Source: a phage. From it: a DNA stretch of 64,000 nt. Shown one piece after another: positions 58,801 to 64,000 of this stretch. Location: the sequence record PZ445526.1; one strand, written 5' to 3'. Under the pieces are notes generated by a model that saw only the letters and a program-made list of their open reading frames with translations, did not search any database and was not told the origin of the DNA. The translations under genes and the position numbers were made by a program. The stretch's first letter is position 1. Each line of letters starts with the position of its first letter.

Positions 58801-58962
58801 GGTCAATTGCCGTCTGAACGACGTAAATTAATGAGTCCTTTATTTGATGCATCTGGAACAACATTTGCACAATTTAGGGATTTAGTTAATAAACGTCTAA
58901 AAGATAATATAGGAAATCCAAGAGACCCTGAAAATCCAACACAGGTTAAAATAGATGAATGA
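55864..58962 (+). CDS. 7: baseplate wedge protein
   Basis: 1032-aa ORF, size and order as T4 gp7. Confidence 0.9.
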   Translation: MTVKAPSVTSLRISKLSANQVQVRWDDVGANFYYFVEIAETKTNSGEKLPSNQYKWINLGYTANNSFFFDDADPLTTYIIRVATAAQDFEQSDWIYTEEFETFATNAYTFQNMIEMQLANKFIQEKFTLNNSDYVNFNNDTIMAALMNESFQFSPSYVDVSSISNFIIGENEYHEIQGSIQQVCKDINRVYLMESEGILYLFERYQPVVKVSNDKGQTWKAVKLFNDRVGYPLSKTVYYQSANTTYVLGYDKIFYGRKSTDVRWSADDVRFSSQDITFAKLGDQLHLGFDVEIFATYATLPANVYRIAEAITCTDDYIYVVARDKVRYIKTSNAPIDSDPLSPTYSERLFEPDTMTITGNPKAVCYKMDSIGDKVFALIIGEVETLNANPRTSKIIDSADKGIYVLNHDEKTWKRVFGNTEEERRRIQPGYANMSTDGKLVSLSSSNFKFLSDNVVNDPETAAKYQLIGAVKYEFPREWLADKHYHMMAFIADETTDWETFTPQPMKYYAEPFFNWSKKSNTRCWINNSDRAVVVYADLKYTKVIENIPETSPDRLVHEYWDDGDCTIVMPNVKFTGFKKYASGMLFYKASGEIISYYDFNYRVRDTVEIIWKPTEVFLKAFLQNQEHETPWSPEEERGLADPDLRPLIGTMMPDSYLLQDSNFEAFCEAYIQYLSDGYGTQYNNLRNLIRNKYPREEHAWEYLWSEIYKRNIYLNADKRDAVARFFESRSYDFYSTKGIEASYKFLFKVLYNEEVEIEIESGAGTEYDIIVQSDSLTEDLVGQTIYTPTGRCNVTYIERSYSNGKLQWTVTIHNLLGRLIAGQEVKAERLPSFEGEIIRGVKGKDLLQNNIDYINRSRSYYVMKIKSNLPSSRWKSDVIRFVHPVGFGFIAITLLTMFINVGLTLKHTETIINKYKNYKWDSGLPTEYADRIAKLTPTGEIEHDSVTGEAIYEPGPMAGVEYPLPDDYNAENNNSIFQGQLPSERRKLMSPLFDASGTTFAQFRDLVNKRLKDNIGNPRDPENPTQVKIDE

Positions 58963-59959
58963 TTCAAGTGTTATCTATCGTGCGATAGTTACTTCAAAAT
59001 TTAGAACAGAAAAAATGTTGAATTTTTATAATTCAATTGGAAGTGGTCCGGATAAAAACACTATCTTTATCACATTTGGAAGATCAGAACCGTGGTCATC
59101 AAATGAAAATGAGGTGGGCTTTGCCCCACCTTATCCAACCGATTCTGTATTAGGCGTAACTGACATGTGGACACATATGATGGGAACAGTAAAGGTTCTT
59201 CCATCAATGCTTGATGCTGTTATTCCTCGCAGAGATTGGGGAGATACTAGATATCCGGATCCATACACATTTAGAATTAACGATATTGTAGTGTGTAACT
59301 CAGCTCCTTACAACGCTACTGAATCAGGCGCAGGCTGGTTAGTATATCGTTGTTTAGATGTTCCTGATACCGGAATGTGTTCAATAACATCTTTAACTGA
59401 TAAGGATGAATGCCTCAAATTAGGTGGAAAATGGACTCCTTCTGTTAGGTCAATGACTCCGCCTGAAGGCCGAGGAGATGCTGAAGGAACAATTGAACCT
59501 GGAGACGGATATGTTTGGGAATATTTATTTGAGATTCCGCCCGATGTATCTATAAATAGATGCACGAATGAATATATCGTGGTTCCTTGGCCTGAGGAAT
59601 TAAAAGAAGACCCGACTAGATGGGGATATGAAGATAATCTCACTTGGCAACAAGATGATTTTGGATTAATTTACCGTGTTAAGGCAAATACTATCCGTTT
59701 TAAAGCATATTTAGATTCAGTTTATTTTCCTGAAGCTGCATTGCCAGGAAATAAAGGATTTAGACAAATATCAATAATCACGAATCCTCTTGAAGCTAAA
59801 GCTCATCCAAATGACCCAAACGTTAAAGCTGAAAGGGATTATTATGACCCAGAAGATTTAATGAGGCATTCGGGTGAAATGATTTATATGGAAAATAGGC
59901 CACCTATTATTATGGCAATGGATCAGACAGAAGAAATCAATATTCTGTTTACATTTTAA
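58955..59959 (+). CDS. 8: baseplate wedge protein
   Basis: 334-aa ORF, size and order as T4 gp8. Confidence 0.9.
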   Translation: MNDSSVIYRAIVTSKFRTEKMLNFYNSIGSGPDKNTIFITFGRSEPWSSNENEVGFAPPYPTDSVLGVTDMWTHMMGTVKVLPSMLDAVIPRRDWGDTRYPDPYTFRINDIVVCNSAPYNATESGAGWLVYRCLDVPDTGMCSITSLTDKDECLKLGGKWTPSVRSMTPPEGRGDAEGTIEPGDGYVWEYLFEIPPDVSINRCTNEYIVVPWPEELKEDPTRWGYEDNLTWQQDDFGLIYRVKANTIRFKAYLDSVYFPEAALPGNKGFRQISIITNPLEAKAHPNDPNVKAERDYYDPEDLMRHSGEMIYMENRPPIIMAMDQTEEINILFTF

Positions 59960-59964
59960 ATTAA

Positions 59965-59982
59965 GGGAGCCCATGGGCTCCC
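59965..59982 (+). terminator. rho-independent terminator after gene 8
   Basis: Plus-strand GGGAGCCCAUGGGCUCCC followed by UUUUUC. Confidence 0.6.
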
Positions 59983-59990
59983 TTTTTCTT

Positions 59991-59998
59991 TATAAATA
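59991..59998 (+). promoter_or_regulatory. late promoter (TATAAATA) for gene 9
   Basis: Plus-strand TATAAATA about 25 bp upstream of the gene 9 ATG. Confidence 0.65.
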
Positions 59999-60022
59999 CT
60001 ATAAACTCATAAGGAAACCGCT

Positions 60023-60889
60023 ATGTTCATTCAAGAACCAAAGAAATTGATTGATACCGGCGAAATTGGTAACGCTTCTACTGGTGATATCTTATTCGAC
60101 GGTGGTAATAAAATTAATAGTGATTTTAACGCAATTTATAATGCGTTTGGCGATCAACGCAAAATGGCAGTAGCAAATGGCACTGGAGCAGATGGTCAAA
60201 TTATCCATGCTACTGGATATTATCAAAAACACTCTATTACAGAGTACGCAACTCCAGTGAAAGTTGGCACTAGACATGATATTGATACCTCTACTGTAGG
60301 TGTTAAAGTTATCATTGAAAGAGGCGAACTCGGCGATTGTGTTGAATTCATTAACTCAAATGGATCAATATCAGTTACTAATCCTTTAACAATTCAAGCT
60401 ATTGATTCAATTAAAGGTGTTTCGGGTAATTTAGTAGTAACTAGCCCATATAGTAAAGTTACTTTACGCTGTATTTCATCTGATAATTCTACTTCGGTTT
60501 GGAATTATTCTATTGAAAGTATGTTTGGACAAAAGGAATCACCAGCTGAAGGTACATGGAATATTTCTACATCCGGATCAGTTGACATTCCATTATTTCA
60601 TCGTACTGAATACAATATGGCTAAATTGCTAGTTACGTGCCAATCGGTAGATGGAAGAAAAATTAAAACAGCAGAAATAAATATTCTTGTGGATACTGTT
60701 AATTCAGAGGTCATTTCTTCTGAATATGCTGTCATGCGAGTTGGGAATGAAACCGAAGAAGACGAAATCGCTAATATTGCATTTAGTATTAAAGAAAATT
60801 ATGTAACGGCGACTATAAGTTCTTCAACTGTCGGTATGAGAGCAGCAGTTAAAGTTATCGCTACGCAGAAAATCGGGGTGGCTCAATAA
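60023..60889 (+). CDS. 9: baseplate protein, long tail fibre attachment
   Basis: 288-aa ORF, size and order as T4 gp9. Confidence 0.9.
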   Translation: MFIQEPKKLIDTGEIGNASTGDILFDGGNKINSDFNAIYNAFGDQRKMAVANGTGADGQIIHATGYYQKHSITEYATPVKVGTRHDIDTSTVGVKVIIERGELGDCVEFINSNGSISVTNPLTIQAIDSIKGVSGNLVVTSPYSKVTLRCISSDNSTSVWNYSIESMFGQKESPAEGTWNISTSGSVDIPLFHRTEYNMAKLLVTCQSVDGRKIKTAEINILVDTVNSEVISSEYAVMRVGNETEEDEIANIAFSIKENYVTATISSSTVGMRAAVKVIATQKIGVAQ

Positions 60890-62697
60890 TGAAACAAAAT
60901 ATTAATATCGGTAATGTTGTAGATGATGGTACCGGTGACTACCTGCGTAAAGGTGGTATAAAAATAAATGAAAACTTTGATGAGCTTTATTATGAACTCG
61001 GTGATGGTGATGTTCCATATTCAGCCGGTGCCTGGAAAACTTATAATGCTTCATCAGGACAAACATTAACAGCAGAATGGGGAAAATCATACGCTATTAA
61101 TACATCTTCTGGAAGAGTGACTATAAATCTTCCAAAGGGTACAGTTAATGATTACAACAAGGTAATTAGAGCTAGAGACGTATTTGCTACATGGAACGTC
61201 AACCCAGTTACACTAGTAGCTGCTTCCGGTGATACGATTAAAGGGTCTGCAGTACCAGTTGAAATTAACGTTCAATTCAGCGATTTAGAATTAGTGTATT
61301 GTGCCCCAGGACGTTGGGAATATGTCAAAAATAAACAAATTGACAAAATTACCAGTTCAGACATTAGTAATGTAGCTCGTAAAGAATTTTTAGTCGAAGT
61401 CCAAGGACAAACAGACTTTTTAGATGTTTTCCGTGGAACTAGTTATAATGTAAATAACATCAGAGTAAAACATCGCGGTAACGAATTATATTATGGCGAT
61501 GTATTTAGCGAAAACAGTGATTTTGGCTCTCCAGGTGAAAATGAAGGAGAACTGGTTCCTCTTGATGGATTTAATATTCGATTAAGACAGCCTTGTAATA
61601 TTGGTGACACTGTTCAAATTGAAACATTTATGGATGGTGTATCGCAGTGGAGAAGTTCATATACAAGACGTCAAATTAGATTGTTAGATTCAAAATTAAC
61701 GTCAAAAACTTCTCTAGAAGGAAGTATTTACGTTACTGATTTATCAACAATGAAATCAATTCCATTTTCTGCTTTTGGATTAATTCCAGGAGAACCTATT
61801 AATCCTAACTCTCTTGAGGTTCGTTTTAATGGGATTTTACAGGAATTGGCTGGCACAGTTGGAATGCCATTATTTCATTGTGTTGGTGCCGATTCAGACG
61901 ATGAAGTAGAATGCTCTGTTTTAGGTGGAACTTGGGAACAATCTCATACCGATTATTCAGTTGAAACTGATGAAAACGGCATACCGGAAATTTTACATTT
62001 CGATAGAGTATTTGAGCATGGTGACATTATCAATATCACCTGGTTTAATAATGATTTGGGTACATTATTAACAAAAGATGAGATTATTGATGAAACTGAT
62101 AATCTCTATGTATCGCAAGGACCGGGAGTAGATATTTCTGGTGATGTAAATTTAACAGACTTCGATAAAATTGGTTGGCCAAATGTAGAAGCAGTTCAAT
62201 CTTATCAACGCGAATTTAATGCTGTTTCAAATATCTTTGATACGATTTATCCTATTGGAACTATATATGAAAACGCTGTTAATCCAAACAACCCTGTTAC
62301 ATATATGGGATTCGGCTCATGGAAATTATTTGGGCAAGGAAAAGTTTTAGTTGGATGGAATGAAGATATTTCGGATCCGAATTTTGCTCTAAATAACAAC
62401 GATTTAGATTCTGGTGGAAATCCTTCGCATACTGCAGGTGGAACAGGTGGTTCTACTTCGGTTACATTGGAAAATGCTAATCTTCCTGCAACTGAAACAG
62501 ATGAAGAAGTTCTAATAGTTGATGAAAATGGATCAGTCATTGTTGGTGGGTGTCAATACGATCCAGATGAATCCGGTCCAATTTACACTAAATACCGTGA
62601 AGCTAAAGCATCTACTAACTCTACTCACACTCCGCCAACATCAATAACTAACATTCAACCATATATTACAGTTTATCGTTGGATAAGGATTGCATAA
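60889..62697 (+). CDS. 10: baseplate wedge / short tail fibre attachment protein
   Basis: 602-aa ORF, size and order as T4 gp10. Confidence 0.9.
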   Translation: MKQNINIGNVVDDGTGDYLRKGGIKINENFDELYYELGDGDVPYSAGAWKTYNASSGQTLTAEWGKSYAINTSSGRVTINLPKGTVNDYNKVIRARDVFATWNVNPVTLVAASGDTIKGSAVPVEINVQFSDLELVYCAPGRWEYVKNKQIDKITSSDISNVARKEFLVEVQGQTDFLDVFRGTSYNVNNIRVKHRGNELYYGDVFSENSDFGSPGENEGELVPLDGFNIRLRQPCNIGDTVQIETFMDGVSQWRSSYTRRQIRLLDSKLTSKTSLEGSIYVTDLSTMKSIPFSAFGLIPGEPINPNSLEVRFNGILQELAGTVGMPLFHCVGADSDDEVECSVLGGTWEQSHTDYSVETDENGIPEILHFDRVFEHGDIINITWFNNDLGTLLTKDEIIDETDNLYVSQGPGVDISGDVNLTDFDKIGWPNVEAVQSYQREFNAVSNIFDTIYPIGTIYENAVNPNNPVTYMGFGSWKLFGQGKVLVGWNEDISDPNFALNNNDLDSGGNPSHTAGGTGGSTSVTLENANLPATETDEEVLIVDENGSVIVGGCQYDPDESGPIYTKYREAKASTNSTHTPPTSITNIQPYITVYRWIRIA

Positions 62698-63356
62698 TGA
62701 GTTTACTTAATAATAAAGCGGGAGTTATTTCCCGCTTAGCCGATTTTCTTGGTTTTAGACCTAAAGCTGGTAATATAGATGTAATGAATCGTCAATCAGT
62801 TGGGTCAGTGACAATTTCTCAATTAGCGAAAGGATTTTATGAACCAAACGTAGAATCAGCTATTAATGACGTTCATAATTTTTCTATAAAAGACGTTGGT
62901 ACAATTATTACTAATAAAACTGGTGTTTCTCCTGAGGGTGTTTCTCAAACTGATTATTGGGCATTTTCTGGAACTGTAACAGACGATTCTCTTCCTCCGG
63001 GTTCTCCTGTTACGGTATTAGTATTTGGTCTTCCAGTTTCAGCAACAACTGGAATGACGGCAATTGAGTTTGTTGCAAAAGTTCGTGTTGCCCTTCAAGA
63101 AGCTATTGCGTCATTTACTGCTATCAACTCATATAAAGACCATCCAACAGATGGTAGTAAATTAGAAGTTACTTATTTAGATAATCAAAAACATGTATTA
63201 AGCACATATTCTACATATGGAATAACTATTTCGCAGGAAATTATTTCTGAGTCTAAACCTGGCTATGGTACATGGAATTTATTAGGCGCACAAACTGTAA
63301 CTTTAGATAATCAGCAGACTCCTACAGTATTTTATCATTTTGAGAGAACAGCATGA
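62697..63356 (+). CDS. 11: baseplate wedge / short tail fibre attachment protein
   Basis: ATG at 62697 ([20 protein letters not shown]...), 219 aa; overlaps the gene 10 stop and gene 12 start. Confidence 0.9.
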   Translation: MSLLNNKAGVISRLADFLGFRPKAGNIDVMNRQSVGSVTISQLAKGFYEPNVESAINDVHNFSIKDVGTIITNKTGVSPEGVSQTDYWAFSGTVTDDSLPPGSPVTVLVFGLPVSATTGMTAIEFVAKVRVALQEAIASFTAINSYKDHPTDGSKLEVTYLDNQKHVLSTYSTYGITISQEIISESKPGYGTWNLLGAQTVTLDNQQTPTVFYHFERTA

Positions 63357-64000
63357 GTAATAATACATATCAACACGTTTCTAATGAATCTCGTTATGTA
63401 AAATTTGATCCTACCGATACGAATTTTCCACCAGAGATTACTGATGTTCAGGCTGCTATAGCAGCCATTTCTCCTGCTGGCGTAAATGGAGTTCCTGATG
63501 CATCGTCAACAACAAAGGGAATTTTATTTCTTGCCACTGAACAGGAAGTTATAGATGGAACTAATAATACCAAAGCAGTTACACCAGCAACGTTGGCAAC
63601 AAGATTATCATATCCAAACGCAACTGAAACTGTTTACGGATTAACAAGATATTCAACCAATGATGAAGCCATTGCCGGAGTTAATAATGAATCTTCTATA
63701 ACTCCAGCTAAATTTACTGTTGCTCTTAATAATGCGTTTGAAACACGAGTTTCAACTGAATCCTCGAATGGTGTTATTAAAATTTCATCTCTACCGCAAG
63801 CATTAGCTGGTGCAGATGATACTACTGCAATGACTCCATTAAAAACACAGCAGTTAGCTATTAAATTAATTGCGCAAATTGCTCCTTCTGAAACCACAGC
63901 TACTGAATCGGACCAAGGTGTTGTTCAATTAGCAACAGTAGCGCAGGTTCGTCAGGGAACTTTAAGAGAAGGCTATGCAATTTCTCCTTATACGTTTATG
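63353..64000 (+). CDS. 12: short tail fibre protein, N-terminal part (continues beyond window end)
   Basis: ATG at 63353 overlapping the gene 11 stop; open frame to the window end ([43 protein letters not shown]...); partial. Confidence 0.85.
   Translation, partial: MSNNTYQHVSNESRYVKFDPTDTNFPPEITDVQAAIAAISPAGVNGVPDASSTTKGILFLATEQEVIDGTNNTKAVTPATLATRLSYPNATETVYGLTRYSTNDEAIAGVNNESSITPAKFTVALNNAFETRVSTESSNGVIKISSLPQALAGADDTTAMTPLKTQQLAIKLIAQIAPSETTATESDQGVVQLATVAQVRQGTLREGYAISPYTFM

Noticed and set aside
63634-63897. Minus-strand ORF 63634..63897 (87 aa)
   Set aside because: It lies inside the plus-strand gene 12 reading frame, which continues to the window end and matches the short tail fibre N-terminus.

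Overview
This window reads as one contiguous segment of a T4-like (Tequatrovirus-type) myophage genome, and I found no system I can call novel with confidence; the best leads are uncharacterized genes in two variable regions. All calls rest on reading the sequence and ORF track against remembered T4 proteins and motifs; no database search was run. From 1 to about 50.7 kb, nearly all genes lie on the minus strand in the early/middle gene order of T4: 42 (partial), imm, 43, regA, 62, 44, 45, rpbA, 46, 47, a-gt, 55, nrdH, nrdG, nrdD, 49, pin, nrdC, a long block of unknown ORFs, rI, tk, regB, a GrcA-like gene, internal-protein genes, e, nudE, membrane proteins, a structured-RNA region, a 10-tRNA array, more internal-protein-like genes, 57B, 57A, 1, 3, 2, 4. 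From 50.75 kb to the end the plus strand carries the late baseplate genes 53, 5, 5.1, 5.4, 6, 7, 8, 9, 10, 11 and the start of 12. Regulatory signals fit T4: many early promoters (-35 GTTTAC), MotA-box middle promoters, TATAAATA late promoters, UUCG-tetraloop terminator hairpins and the gene 43 translational operator. The phage is probably not T4 itself: lysozyme differs at about four residues from the T4 sequence as I recall it, nrdD is uninterrupted, no homing-endonuclease ORFs were seen, no denV-like ORF is present, and the tRNA array has two extra tRNAs (Tyr, Asn). The most interesting material is the hypervariable internal-protein loci and the uncharacterized nrdC-rI block, which holds four tandem coiled-coil-tailed proteins and a nucleotidyltransferase-fold plus P-loop ATPase pair. 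No CRISPR array, integrase or transposase was seen.
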